Virus record (IMG/VR): IMGVR_UViG_3300046323_000419
Coordinates: 36,364 to 100,363 of that record
Direction: 5' to 3' (one strand)
Length of the DNA: 64,000 bases
Origin: a virus
In this document: in pieces, positions 1 through 10,308 of the stretch
Position numbering within the stretch: position 1 is the stretch's first letter
How the letters are laid out: each line of letters starts with the position of its first letter
Program-made: the position numbers and the translations under genes
The notes under the pieces: generated by a model
Seen by the model: the letters and a program-made list of their open reading frames with translations, nothing else
Told to the model about the DNA's origin: nothing
Database searches by the model: none

Positions 1-9
1 GTTTAAAAT

Positions 10-38
10 AAATAGGGGGTGTAAAAGCTCCCTATTTA
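10..38 (+). terminator. Rho-independent terminator-like hairpin upstream of first ORF (probably ends the major capsid gene transcript)
   Basis: AAATAGGG(GGT)-GTAAAA-(GCT)CCCTATTT inverted repeat followed by AT-rich tail. Confidence 0.65.
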
Positions 39-82
39 ACTAATTATAAAAATCTTTCGGAAGAAGACAAATAAAAAGAAGA

Positions 83-937
83 ATGGAAAAAACAATTAAA
101 GGTAATTTTACATTACCAAATGAAATAGTTACGCTTAGATATATTCATAGAAATAGAGGAATGGCCGCTAATGTAGATAAAAATCACGTAATTGCAGGTG
201 GTTTATTATCAAAAGCAGTTCGTAAGTTTTGTACACCTCTTATGAGAAATGGGTCAATTGCTAATATTTTAAGTAATGATGAAAAAGAATATTTAGAATC
301 TATTACAGGTTTAAATTTATCTGTATATGGTGATTTTTGGAATACATTTAGAGTAGCTTTACATAAAGAAGATGCTAACAATAGATTAGATTTAAGTAAT
401 GCAATGGATTTTATTTCATATAAAATTTTAGATTCATTAAAGAATGAGATCGCTCCCAATTGGGTTAGTCGTAATTCTAAACAAACTTATCAATTTGCAA
501 TTTGCAGAGAAAATGAAGAAATGTTAGAATCTAAAGGTAAATATGATGCTAAAAAAGAAGCATTTAAAATGTATGGTAAAATCGAGGATGATAAAGAAAA
601 ATTACTTAGTGTTCTTAAATTACTTACAAACAAACCTATTTCACCAGAAGTTAAGTTGGATTGGTTGCAACATAAAGTTGAAGAATTTATTGACAATGAA
701 GCTGTCAAATTTGTTAGTGTAATGAATGATAAAACTCTTTATACAAAAATGTTAATTAATACAGGAATTGATAAAGGTGTAATTGTTAAAAAATCAAATA
801 AATATTCAACGGAAGATGGTTTAGATCTTTGTAATTCAGGAGAAATTGCTACATTTGATAATGCAATCGCTTATTTAGATAATATAAAGAATCAAGATGT
901 TCGCAGTTTGATCGAAGCCAAGATAAATAAAAAATAA
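83..937 (+). CDS. Conserved crAss-like protein encoded immediately downstream of the major capsid protein
   Basis: 284 aa; position at head of the ring/auxiliary capsid block; sequence style resembles crAss-like capsid-module genes. Confidence 0.55.
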   Translation: MEKTIKGNFTLPNEIVTLRYIHRNRGMAANVDKNHVIAGGLLSKAVRKFCTPLMRNGSIANILSNDEKEYLESITGLNLSVYGDFWNTFRVALHKEDANNRLDLSNAMDFISYKILDSLKNEIAPNWVSRNSKQTYQFAICRENEEMLESKGKYDAKKEAFKMYGKIEDDKEKLLSVLKLLTNKPISPEVKLDWLQHKVEEFIDNEAVKFVSVMNDKTLYTKMLINTGIDKGVIVKKSNKYSTEDGLDLCNSGEIATFDNAIAYLDNIKNQDVRSLIEAKINKK

Positions 938-939
938 CT

Positions 940-1686
940 ATGACTAACTTAGAGTTTAAAAATGAATTTTTAATATCTTACAATGCGATTGCAAGTAATT
1001 CGGCACCGGGAATAGATGATTACGAACTTAGTGTTTACTTAACTCGTGCACAATTAGAAATTGTTAAAAATTATTATGATCCTTTAAGTAATCGTAAACA
1101 AAAAGGTTTTGAAGCTACTGAAAAAAGACGTAGAGATTTAAATCAATTAGTAAAAGATTATAAAACAACTGATACAATATTAAATGATTTTAATATCGAT
1201 TCGTTAGCAAAGTTTTATATAGTACCTAATGATTTATTTTTAATAGTTAACGAAAAAGCTAAAGTAACTTCAGAGGATTGTTATAATAGTAAAACTTTAA
1301 CTATTAAACCAATGTCTTATGACGAATATGATATTCAGATTGATAATCCATTTGAAAAACCAAATGAGAAAATTGCTTGGAGATTAGATTTATCAAATGT
1401 TAATAATGTTAAAGTTGTTGAGATTATATCACCTTATAATATTTTAGGATCATTGGAATATCAAATTAGATATATTAAATATCCAAAACCTATTATTATT
1501 ACAAATTTAAACACCACTTTTCCATCAGACAATTTAACAATTGATGGAATTTTTGCAGAAACACCTTGTGAATTAAATGCAGAAATCTGTAGAGAAATAT
1601 TAGATAGAGCTGTACTATTGGCTCTAGCAGATTATCGTCCACAGAATTTACAAGTAAAAGCTCAAATGAGCCAAACAAATGAATAA
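940..1686 (+). CDS. crAss-like tail ring / head-tail connector protein
   Basis: N-term MTNLEFKNEFLISYN..SNSAPGIDDYELSVYLTRAQ and C-term Y.IRYIKYPKPII..CEL..EILDRAV, typical of crAss-like ring proteins. Confidence 0.7.
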   Translation: MTNLEFKNEFLISYNAIASNSAPGIDDYELSVYLTRAQLEIVKNYYDPLSNRKQKGFEATEKRRRDLNQLVKDYKTTDTILNDFNIDSLAKFYIVPNDLFLIVNEKAKVTSEDCYNSKTLTIKPMSYDEYDIQIDNPFEKPNEKIAWRLDLSNVNNVKVVEIISPYNILGSLEYQIRYIKYPKPIIITNLNTTFPSDNLTIDGIFAETPCELNAEICREILDRAVLLALADYRPQNLQVKAQMSQTNE

Positions 1687-1720
1687 ATAAATATTATTAT
1701 AAATTAAAACAAATTAAATT

Positions 1721-2728
1721 ATGTTTACACCAAATATGACAGGTGAGATGATGATTGGAAATGCAGTAGCCACAGAAACAACTTCTGCTACTTTTATTGC
1801 TACAGCATCAGACAAAGAATTAAAAGTAATTTCTAAAGATGGTACTGCTGTTGCAGCTAAAAAACCATTTTATGTTTTACAAAAAGCAGATGGAATTCCT
1901 GGAGGATTTGAATTTTCAGATAAAGTTGACCCTCGATATGTGGAAAAAGTTACAGTTACTACTTATTCTGCTGAAGTATTGGGTTCTTATAAAGTAGATG
2001 GTTTTAACACTGCAGGTGTTGTAGCAGCTAAAAGAACTTATGAAGTTGAAGTTAGATTGGAAGATCAATTATCTCCTGAAAACTTTACAACTATTCAAGG
2101 ATATTATGTAACAGGTCAAGTAATTGGTTCTGATACACCAACAACCGTTAGAGATGGTGTTTTATTATCTTTAAATAAAAATCTATCTAATCGTGGAGCA
2201 GATGAATTTACAGCAGTTGCTGACGGTACTGGAATTTTAATTACAGAAAAATATCAAGCAAACCGTGTTGGTAGAGATACTGGTCGTAAATTACAATTTA
2301 CTGTTAAAGGTAAAGTTTTTGAAAATGTACCTACAAATGGTGAAAGTTCAAATCTTGGACTTTTAATTGCAACTCAAATAACAGTACCGAAACCTGGAAA
2401 TGGAGATGGTAAATGGGTTACTAATGCTGAGTATGTTCTTAAAGGATTTAAATATGATCCATCAAGAGAATACGGATTTCCAGCAAATTTTGGTAATTTA
2501 ACACCAACATATGCTTCTGGATCAGGAGTATATAATCTTATTCATATTAAACATTATATGCCCCGTACAGAAACTTCTGTGGAACGTCAATATAAAGTTT
2601 TAACTATTGCAGTAGATAAAGTAACTGATACATTGGCAAACAATGCTAATACTAACTCCATTCTTACTCAAATTAGAACAGCAGTTGATACATACGCAAC
2701 TGTACCAGCTAACTTAGCAGTAGTATAA
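1721..2728 (+). CDS. crAss-like auxiliary capsid / major structural protein
   Basis: 335 aa, Ala/Thr/Gly-rich, followed by a strong terminator; synteny after ring protein. Confidence 0.6.
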   Translation: MFTPNMTGEMMIGNAVATETTSATFIATASDKELKVISKDGTAVAAKKPFYVLQKADGIPGGFEFSDKVDPRYVEKVTVTTYSAEVLGSYKVDGFNTAGVVAAKRTYEVEVRLEDQLSPENFTTIQGYYVTGQVIGSDTPTTVRDGVLLSLNKNLSNRGADEFTAVADGTGILITEKYQANRVGRDTGRKLQFTVKGKVFENVPTNGESSNLGLLIATQITVPKPGNGDGKWVTNAEYVLKGFKYDPSREYGFPANFGNLTPTYASGSGVYNLIHIKHYMPRTETSVERQYKVLTIAVDKVTDTLANNANTNSILTQIRTAVDTYATVPANLAVV

Positions 2729-2750
2729 TAACACAAATAAATAATAACCT

Positions 2751-2799
2751 AAAAAGGCTGATTGTAAACATTAATTTGTACGCAGTCAGCTTTTTTTTT
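2751..2799 (+). terminator. Rho-independent terminator
   Basis: AAAAGGCTGATTG...CAGTCAGCTTTT stem followed by T9. Confidence 0.85.
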
Positions 2800-2809
2800 A
2801 CACAAAAAT

Positions 2810-3391
2810 ATGGCAGCAGCAGCGATACAGAATTTTGAAATATTAAATGACGGGCAACAACTTGCAATTGATGTAGAAACTATTGAAGGGAGTTTAATAA
2901 CTTCAATCAAATTATGGAATATTGATGCTTTTAAAGATGAATCTTTAAGTATTGATTTAGATTATAAATTAGAACAAATTAATAATAAAGAAGTTTTTAT
3001 AGTTACTGCTACAGAATTAAATATACCTTCTTTTACAGATATTTGGTTCATTGAAATTGAAAGTGATTATGAAGGTACAGAAGGTTGTACAAGTTGTCAA
3101 GACCCTGCATTAGGAATTACTTATAATTTACAACCTTATTATAAATGTATGTTAAATTATTTATTAGAATCAGAAAAATCTATAGATAGTAATTCTATAA
3201 ATGCTTATTCAAATAATTTAACAATTACTGTAAATTTATTAATTGACTCTATTGAAAAATCATTAGATGTTGGATATTATTTACAAGCAATTGAAATGTT
3301 AAATAATCTTAAAAAACTTTGTAATATTTCTAAATGTAAAAATTGTCAAACAGTTATATGTAGTTCTTGTAGTAAATTTATACAACAATAA
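2810..3391 (+). CDS. Virion structural protein (tail hub/fibre-attachment region), Cys-rich C-terminus
   Basis: 193 aa; CTSC and CKNC..CSSC motifs; structural-module position. Confidence 0.45.
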   Translation: MAAAAIQNFEILNDGQQLAIDVETIEGSLITSIKLWNIDAFKDESLSIDLDYKLEQINNKEVFIVTATELNIPSFTDIWFIEIESDYEGTEGCTSCQDPALGITYNLQPYYKCMLNYLLESEKSIDSNSINAYSNNLTITVNLLIDSIEKSLDVGYYLQAIEMLNNLKKLCNISKCKNCQTVICSSCSKFIQQ

Positions 3392-3393
3392 TT

Positions 3394-4104
3394 ATGCAAC
3401 AAATAAATGAAAAATCACATTATTCTACAATAATTAGCTCTTTAAATAAAGAATATAAAAAAACTAAAATTGGTAAATCAATGACTCCAAATGACATTTA
3501 TTTATTAGATGTTATATATAATTTATTACAAGGATGTTGTTTAGAATTAAGTAATATAGAAACTAAAAAGCTTTTAAAAATATATAATACTCTTTCACAT
3601 ACTTCTAAAATAATTTGCAATAATAATTATCAAGAAATTTATCAAATGAGTAAAAAGAATAAATTTATTCAAGCTGAAAAAACAGACTGCAACACAATAC
3701 CATTACAACCAACTATAGATAAAATTTATTATTGGCAAGAAGAATCATATATTACTATAATTGATGATATAATTCCATTAACATACATTGAAAATTATTT
3801 TACAGATAAATTATTTGATAAATATTCTAATTTTAAAGATATAGGTAAAACTATAAATTATGAAAATGTAGGTAGAATTTGTTTTTATGCTACAGAATCA
3901 GATGATCAAAAATTTATAGTTACAGATATATTAAATAATGACGTTACTGATATATTTGATATTGTATATTTAGTCGATTCAAATGATACAATATTTGTAT
4001 CCAAAGATTTTTATACACCTAGCGATATATTTTTTAAATTTACAAAAACAAACAACACAAACGATTCAATATTTGATATTGAATTTAATAACATATTTCA
4101 ATAA
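3394..4104 (+). CDS. Putative tail/fibre-associated structural protein
   Basis: 236 aa ORF tightly coupled to neighbours. Confidence 0.4.
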   Translation: MQQINEKSHYSTIISSLNKEYKKTKIGKSMTPNDIYLLDVIYNLLQGCCLELSNIETKKLLKIYNTLSHTSKIICNNNYQEIYQMSKKNKFIQAEKTDCNTIPLQPTIDKIYYWQEESYITIIDDIIPLTYIENYFTDKLFDKYSNFKDIGKTINYENVGRICFYATESDDQKFIVTDILNNDVTDIFDIVYLVDSNDTIFVSKDFYTPSDIFFKFTKTNNTNDSIFDIEFNNIFQ

Positions 4105-5000
4105 TGAGTAAAGAACAAATAAAAACACAAATAGATACAGATATTACTAATAAAACATCTGTAAAAAGTATTTCACCGTCAAACGTAGGTGGAAATATGA
4201 AAAACGTTGTAGACCTAATTCCAGATGTAAAAACAAATGGAACTGTTCTTGCTGTAAGCGGTTCAAAAGCTACTTTACAATATGATATAAATAATGTAAA
4301 TAAATCAGGAGGTTCAGAAGTTAAATTACCAACAACAATAGAAGTTGGTAAAGAAGTTTTATTTTTAGCAAGTAATTATGCAGGAGCAGTTAGTGTTTAT
4401 GTAAATGATGCAGGAGATATAAAATTATCAGGTGGTGCAAATGGTATATCAGGAAATCAACAAAGTTTACAAATAAATGCAAATGAAGCATATAGATTTA
4501 TATATAGAACTGATAATTATTGGTATTTTGAAAAAATAATAGATATACCTACAAATTTATATCAATTACAGTCTGAAAGAACAACAGATGGAACTTTAGT
4601 TACTAATTCAAATTTCAAATATCCAACAGAACAAGCGGTTAAAACATATGTGGACGCAAAAGATTCAAGACCTTATAAAATTTATACTGCAATTCTTTTT
4701 CAAAATGGAACAAACTCACCAACTGCAATCGTATTGGAAAATACCTATGGAGTAAATTTTAATTGGTCAAGAACAGGAATTGGAAACTATAAAGTTTCAA
4801 ATTCTGAAGGTGTTTTTGTTAATGAAAAGACAATTAGTTTTTTTAATAATTCAGACGACCAAAGATCAATATCTTCTTTTTATGATTCAATAAACGATTA
4901 TTATGTATCTCAGTTTTTAATAAACAGCTCAGGAGACCCAAACATATCACCTTTTGATGGTTTCTATAAAGCAATGATAGAAATTAGAACTTATAATTAA
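4104..5000 (+). CDS. Tail-fibre-associated structural protein
   Basis: YPTEQAVKTYVD fibre linker motif and C-terminal RPYKIYTAIL..VLENT..IEIRTYN beta domain seen in Bacteroidota phage fibres. Confidence 0.55.
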   Translation: MSKEQIKTQIDTDITNKTSVKSISPSNVGGNMKNVVDLIPDVKTNGTVLAVSGSKATLQYDINNVNKSGGSEVKLPTTIEVGKEVLFLASNYAGAVSVYVNDAGDIKLSGGANGISGNQQSLQINANEAYRFIYRTDNYWYFEKIIDIPTNLYQLQSERTTDGTLVTNSNFKYPTEQAVKTYVDAKDSRPYKIYTAILFQNGTNSPTAIVLENTYGVNFNWSRTGIGNYKVSNSEGVFVNEKTISFFNNSDDQRSISSFYDSINDYYVSQFLINSSGDPNISPFDGFYKAMIEIRTYN

Positions 5001-5011
5001 AAATAATAAAT

Positions 5012-6574
5012 ATGGCAAATCAATATAGTGCTGATGTACCTAAAGGATTCAATGTACCTAAGCAGGTACGATTAGATTCAATAACAAGTATTCAAAATGA
5101 AAATACTCTTAAAAATTTAGGCATCGGTAATAATTTAGCATTTAAATATTATGAAGGTTTAAAAGTTTATTGTAAAGATGAAAAAACAGAATATGTTTGG
5201 AGAGAAGTTATAGGTCTTGAAACAGGATTATTAGATATATCTTTTATTTACCCTACTTATAATACAGTAGATGGAATTAATTATTCTGGAAAATCTTTTA
5301 ATTTCTTTAGTACTGATATTATGAATTTAGATCCTTTAGAATTTAATGTTATAAATAAAACTGTATGGAATAATGGATTTAATAATTTACCAGCAAATAC
5401 TTCTTTTGGAGAAAACTCTTTATCAAGTATAACTACAGGTGATTATAATTCTGCATTCGGAATGAGTTGTTTAGAGTTTAATACAACGGGTGGAGGAAAT
5501 GTTGCTGTTGGTATCAGTGCGTTGAGAGAAAATACCACAGGTTCTAATAATACTACTTTAGGTGTAAATGGACTATACTCTAACACTACAGGAAGTTCAA
5601 ATACCGCTATCGGTTCTACAGCTTTGTTTGCGAATACTACAGGGGGTTCAAACACTGCAATAGGGCAATCAACATTATCTGAAAATGTAAATGGTTCTTT
5701 TAATACTGCAATTGGTAGATCAACTTTGTCTGCTAATTCAACTGGTTTAAGAAATACGGCTATTGGATACCTTTCACTATCTACAAATACTACAGGAAAT
5801 GATAATACAGCTATAGGTGTAGATTCACTAACTGCTAATCTAAGTGGAAGTAAAAATACAGCTTTAGGACAATTAGCAGGGCGTTATTTTGGCACAAACT
5901 CTGAATTAACAAATGCAACTAATTCTATTTTTTTAGGAGTACAAACAAGAGCGTTAGTAAATAATTCAAATAATGAAATAGTTATAGGATATGATGCTGT
6001 AGGTGCAGGGAATGATACTATCACATTAGGAAATGTTAATATTGTTAGAACAGTGCTTAGAGGTGTAGTTGCTAATACTACAGCTTATACCGTTTCCACA
6101 TTACCTACTGGAGCTAGAGGAGACAGAGCGTATGTGACAGATGCTTTAACACCAACATCTTTAGAAACTTTGACAGGTGGTGGAAACGTAACTTGCCCAG
6201 TGTTTTATAATGGAGTAAATTGGGTCAGTAATTTATCTTCCAATAATTCAGATTTAACAAATTTACAAAAAACTATTACGTATCCAGCAGACTTTACAGG
6301 TACAAACTATACTATAACAAATGCAGATAATAACTATACAATAATAGTAGATAATACTACCACTGCAGTCACTATAACAGTACCTAGTGGACTAATGTCT
6401 AAAATAGGAGTAGGTTTTATACAAAAAGGAACAGCAGATGTGACATTTGTAGCTTCAGGAACAACAATTCAAAATCCTATAGGGCTAAAAAGCAAAGGTC
6501 AATATTATCAAACATTTATTGAACAAGAACTTGCTACAAACGTAATATATCTATTAGGAAATACTAAAGTATAG
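5012..6574 (+). CDS. Tail fibre / adhesin with YadA-head-like beta-roll repeats
   Basis: About 12 tandem 14-aa repeats NTAIG..(A/S)L..NTTG.. (approx. 5395-5890). Confidence 0.75.
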   Translation: MANQYSADVPKGFNVPKQVRLDSITSIQNENTLKNLGIGNNLAFKYYEGLKVYCKDEKTEYVWREVIGLETGLLDISFIYPTYNTVDGINYSGKSFNFFSTDIMNLDPLEFNVINKTVWNNGFNNLPANTSFGENSLSSITTGDYNSAFGMSCLEFNTTGGGNVAVGISALRENTTGSNNTTLGVNGLYSNTTGSSNTAIGSTALFANTTGGSNTAIGQSTLSENVNGSFNTAIGRSTLSANSTGLRNTAIGYLSLSTNTTGNDNTAIGVDSLTANLSGSKNTALGQLAGRYFGTNSELTNATNSIFLGVQTRALVNNSNNEIVIGYDAVGAGNDTITLGNVNIVRTVLRGVVANTTAYTVSTLPTGARGDRAYVTDALTPTSLETLTGGGNVTCPVFYNGVNWVSNLSSNNSDLTNLQKTITYPADFTGTNYTITNADNNYTIIVDNTTTAVTITVPSGLMSKIGVGFIQKGTADVTFVASGTTIQNPIGLKSKGQYYQTFIEQELATNVIYLLGNTKV

Positions 6575-6577
6575 GAT

Positions 6578-6964
6578 ATGAATAATTTTAAAAAAAACAT
6601 ATTTAAAAGTATGATAGATATAGTTGTAGTTACACCTTCTATAACATTTTCACCTAATACCCCATGTATTTCTGACGCAGGGATATTTGACACTACTCTT
6701 ACAGGAACAGTTACTATTATTGGAGCAAGTTATGAATTTAGAGCTACTGCTTATACATATTCATCGCCTGCAGGAAGTATAAACACAGCAGTTTCTATGA
6801 ACGGATTGACAAATATGATTGCAGAAAGAACAACTATAGGACAGTCTATTTCAGCTTCTTCAGTAACATTAGAACCAGGAATTCATACATATCAAATTAG
6901 AGTAAATTCAAACAGTAGTTTAGGTTCAGGGGGGGGATGTATTGATGTTACACAAGTAGCGTAA
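6578..6964 (+). CDS. Small beta-rich fibre-associated protein
   Basis: 128 aa, Ser/Thr-rich, follows fibre gene. Confidence 0.4.
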   Translation: MNNFKKNIFKSMIDIVVVTPSITFSPNTPCISDAGIFDTTLTGTVTIIGASYEFRATAYTYSSPAGSINTAVSMNGLTNMIAERTTIGQSISASSVTLEPGIHTYQIRVNSNSSLGSGGGCIDVTQVA

Positions 6965-7007
6965 TAATATATTTTTCAATAATAAATTAATATAAAATAT
7001 AAATATA

Positions 7008-7391
7008 ATGATAATAGAATGTAATGCAATATCTCAAAATATTAACGAATTATTAATCGCTTTCCAAGATTGTAAGAAAATTAAAAATTCTGATTTACGA
7101 AAAATGGTAGAATTAATATCTGCTGTTAATATTTGTAATAATGGAGGTCCAAATTATGATACCTTAATTACAAATGTATATAATACAAGTCAAACTGTAA
7201 CATATCCTATTAATAGTTTTCATAGTTTTAGTTTAAGTATAATTTCAGGTAGTATTGTATATAATGGAGTAACCTTACCTGAAGGAGCTGTTAAAAATAT
7301 AGAATACACTACTTTAAATCAAATACCAGTTTCATTTATTGTAAATACTGCAAGTCAGGTATTAGTTGAATATTTAATCGAAACAGTTTAA
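7008..7391 (+). CDS. Hypothetical virion protein
   Basis: 127 aa ORF coupled to downstream spike gene. Confidence 0.4.
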   Translation: MIIECNAISQNINELLIAFQDCKKIKNSDLRKMVELISAVNICNNGGPNYDTLITNVYNTSQTVTYPINSFHSFSLSIISGSIVYNGVTLPEGAVKNIEYTTLNQIPVSFIVNTASQVLVEYLIETV

Positions 7392-7392
7392 A

Positions 7393-9606
7393 ATGGCTAA
7401 AATAACATCAACTTTACCTTCTAAAGGGTTAGGAATTTCGATACATAATAATTTACAAGGTTTAAACGTAGGTGATTATCAACACTTAACCGTTGCAGAA
7501 AAATCAGCGTTGGTTAGTGGTTCAGGAACTACGAATAGAATACCAAAGTTTAATAGTTCAAATACGTTAGTAGATAGTTCTATTTTAGATACGGGGAATA
7601 TATTAATAGGTACTACAACAGATAACGGAGTAGACGCTTTACAAGTTACAGGAAGCGTAGGATTAAATACCGCCCCTACAACAAGCGCAGGGGGGTATGA
7701 CATTCTTACAAGGAATACAAGTACAGGACAGGTTGAGAAAGTGGCTAGTAGTGTAATTGAAAACATAACTTTCCCATCTGATTTACCTATATTACATAGT
7801 ACTGCGAAAAAATTGAAATTCGTAATGTACTGGCCACAATTATCTCCATATATGGATTGGTGGAAAGAATTAGACAACAATATGTTTAATTGGTCAGATA
7901 TTGATAGTGACTTGTATATGATTAAATTTAGTCTAGGTGCTAATGCGGTAAGAATATTTATATATTATGATAACCAATTTAGACAAACCGGAACTTTAGG
8001 CTGGACGGATGGGGCGGGGAATCACAACCCAATTAGACTTGATCAATTAAAACAATTCATTTCGTTAGCCGAAGAATTTGAACTGGATGTCATTGTAACA
8101 ATGTATCAATTACTTCCAGCATTAACTCCAGCTGACAACTGGGATTTCTTGGAAACAGACATTGAACACTATACGTCATTTCATACATGGATTTTAAATG
8201 GGATTAAAGAGCATAAAAACGTAACTTGTTACAATCTAATGAATGAACCTGATGGATATGGAGTATTTGCGGATCCAGCATTGGGTGGTAGAGTATTGAC
8301 ATTTTTAAATATATTAAGAAACGTAGGTAAAACAGTTGCTCCAAATTTAAAATGTATTGTTAATGCAACAACACATGACAATTCATTTAGAAGATTCCCA
8401 AATACACCAGCGGAAGCTAATAGTATCTATGACATCACAGATGTTTTGGCTCATAATTCATTTAGATGGGCAGATACAGGTGATTGGCCTGGAACAAATT
8501 TTCAAACTCAATTGGCTTATTTGAACGCGAAAAACGTTCTGAACAAACCTATTGCAATGATGGAATGCGGTTTTCCGGCTAACTATGCTCAACAATTAGT
8601 AGAAGGGTTTCCATTATTTAACGAATCTGGCGAACTCATTGAAGGTAATGCGAGTTCTACTGATGAAAGCATAGTTCCTCAAGGAAATATATTTGATAGA
8701 CCTATTGGACGAGTAGGTGGTTTACCGCACACACAAGATAACCAAGCCAAAAGTGTTGGAGAAGCAATTGCAATGGCAGAAAGATATGACTTAGATGGTC
8801 TTGGAATTTGGTCAGCATTTGATCATAAAGCAAAATTTCTTATTGGTCCAAATGCCGCACCATACGTGTACCGTGACCCATTTGGACTTATTGATAAAAA
8901 CAGAGTAGTGTTACCAGCAGGTAAACTATTCAAGTACGCTTTAACAGAAAAATATCCATATAATTTAAAACACAAGTTGTCCTTATCATCAGGTACAGTA
9001 GGTGGCGATGCTAGAATTAATGGACTTGGAGGATATAATACAGTAGATACAACTAAAAATACCCCCAATGGTGTTTATCTAGGTGTTGGAGGGTCTTATT
9101 GGAATTCAGAAGCGTTAGCAGTTTCATTTCCAACTAAGATAGTGTTAAATTTTACAATTAGGACAGCTTATACTCACCAAGAGCCTATGATCATAAGTAT
9201 TCTTACTAATGGTAAGCAGCTTGATTTTAGATATAAAGTTTATGGAGTAAATTCTTGGCAACGATTAGATGCGACAAGCGCAGATATTGATAGAGGTTGG
9301 GCAAGCAACTCACCTGTTTTAGGAGTTGGAAATCACTCTTTAATGATAGATTTCTCCACAGTTGACTTAAGTCCTACAATAACTATCGATGGGATATTGT
9401 TAGATTATTCTGCTTCAGGAATCGAACCTTTTGATTTATGGATGTTGGCTGATGGATTTAGAATTGTAGTTAGAAATAACTCAGATTCTCCAATAGATTT
9501 AAAAGAAATCCTTGCACAAGGTACAACAGAGGGAGAAAGTATTGTTATGAACCGAGAATTTGCAAAGCCTATAATTAGAAAAGAACTTATACCAAGAAAA
9601 TTGTAA
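7393..9606 (+). CDS. Tail spike with clan GH-A (GH5-like) glycoside hydrolase domain, putative depolymerase
   Basis: N-terminal fibre motifs (HNNLQGLNVGDYQHLT, GSGTTNRIPKF); TIM-barrel motifs GANAVRIF, YNLMNEPD (acid/base), KPIAMMECGF (nucleophile), GLGIWS. Confidence 0.75.
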   Translation: MAKITSTLPSKGLGISIHNNLQGLNVGDYQHLTVAEKSALVSGSGTTNRIPKFNSSNTLVDSSILDTGNILIGTTTDNGVDALQVTGSVGLNTAPTTSAGGYDILTRNTSTGQVEKVASSVIENITFPSDLPILHSTAKKLKFVMYWPQLSPYMDWWKELDNNMFNWSDIDSDLYMIKFSLGANAVRIFIYYDNQFRQTGTLGWTDGAGNHNPIRLDQLKQFISLAEEFELDVIVTMYQLLPALTPADNWDFLETDIEHYTSFHTWILNGIKEHKNVTCYNLMNEPDGYGVFADPALGGRVLTFLNILRNVGKTVAPNLKCIVNATTHDNSFRRFPNTPAEANSIYDITDVLAHNSFRWADTGDWPGTNFQTQLAYLNAKNVLNKPIAMMECGFPANYAQQLVEGFPLFNESGELIEGNASSTDESIVPQGNIFDRPIGRVGGLPHTQDNQAKSVGEAIAMAERYDLDGLGIWSAFDHKAKFLIGPNAAPYVYRDPFGLIDKNRVVLPAGKLFKYALTEKYPYNLKHKLSLSSGTVGGDARINGLGGYNTVDTTKNTPNGVYLGVGGSYWNSEALAVSFPTKIVLNFTIRTAYTHQEPMIISILTNGKQLDFRYKVYGVNSWQRLDATSADIDRGWASNSPVLGVGNHSLMIDFSTVDLSPTITIDGILLDYSASGIEPFDLWMLADGFRIVVRNNSDSPIDLKEILAQGTTEGESIVMNREFAKPIIRKELIPRKL

Positions 9607-9631
9607 AATAAAATGACAAAAACAATAGAAA

Positions 9632-9724
9632 ATGAGTAAATTTTTAAGCCTTAATTGGCAGGACTTCCGGAAAAATATGTTAATGACACTACTAACATAT
9701 GGTGGTTATTTACAAAAAAACTAA
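9632..9724 (+). pseudogene. Probable internally deleted holin remnant (30 aa)
   Basis: MSKFLSLNWQDFRKNMLMTLLTYGGYLQKN; N- and C-termini resemble a Bacteroidota phage holin-type family but the central TM segments are missing; lies at start of lysis cassette. Confidence 0.4.
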
Positions 9725-9747
9725 ATAAAAACTAAATAAAAACTAAA
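9716..9747 (+). repeat. Short tandem repeat (11-nt unit AAAAACTAAAT, ~2.9 copies)
   Basis: aaaaactaaat aaaaactaaat aaaaactaaa directly upstream of ATG 9750. Confidence 0.7.
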
Positions 9748-9749
9748 AT

Positions 9750-10121
9750 ATGATAGATAGTGAAGATGCTAAAGATGTATTAGTTAAAGTTATTGATACA
9801 GAACCTAATAATAGAAGTTGGGTTTTGTCATTAATTCTAAATATAATTTTAGCAGCAGCCTGTTTTTTTTGTTATTCTAGAATGATAAATGCTGAAAATA
9901 GAGAAGTAAATTTATCTCAAAAATTAGATATTCAAAAATCTTTAAATTTAGCAGATAGTAAAGATTGTTTAAAAGCAATTAGAGAAGCTGAAAAAAATAA
10001 AGATTTAGAATGGTCTATTAAAGTAGATAATTTACAAACTATTTACAATAAAGAATTAAAAGAAAAAGCTGAAAAATTAGAAAGGCAGATTAAAGAAATT
10101 AATAAAAAAGTAGGTAGATGA
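9750..10121 (+). CDS. Lysis-associated membrane protein (holin or i-spanin-like)
   Basis: One TM helix (WVLSLILNIILAAACFFCY) then coiled coil; two genes upstream of endolysin. Confidence 0.5.
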   Translation: MIDSEDAKDVLVKVIDTEPNNRSWVLSLILNIILAAACFFCYSRMINAENREVNLSQKLDIQKSLNLADSKDCLKAIREAEKNKDLEWSIKVDNLQTIYNKELKEKAEKLERQIKEINKKVGR

Positions 10122-10300
10122 AAATATATATATGTTTAATTTTAATGTTTGTAACTACAACAAGTTATAAGAAATCTGATAAAATTTCTTTTATACAAGA
10201 AAGATTTTTAATAGAAAAAAGTTTAAATCATACAGAAAAAGAAATTGAAAAAATTAATAAAATCTTAGATAATAAATATCACAAATTTAAAACTAAATAA
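10118..10300 (+). CDS. Small secreted/membrane protein of lysis cassette
   Basis: 60 aa, signal-peptide-like N-terminus, ATGA overlap with upstream gene. Confidence 0.4.
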   Translation: MKIYICLILMFVTTTSYKKSDKISFIQERFLIEKSLNHTEKEIEKINKILDNKYHKFKTK

Positions 10301-10308
10301 ATATTATC

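Noticed and set aside
5395-5890. 42-nt periodicity as a possible CRISPR array or DGR repeat
   Set aside because: It is a degenerate in-frame 14-aa protein repeat; there are no identical DNA repeats with spacers and no reverse transcriptase in the window.
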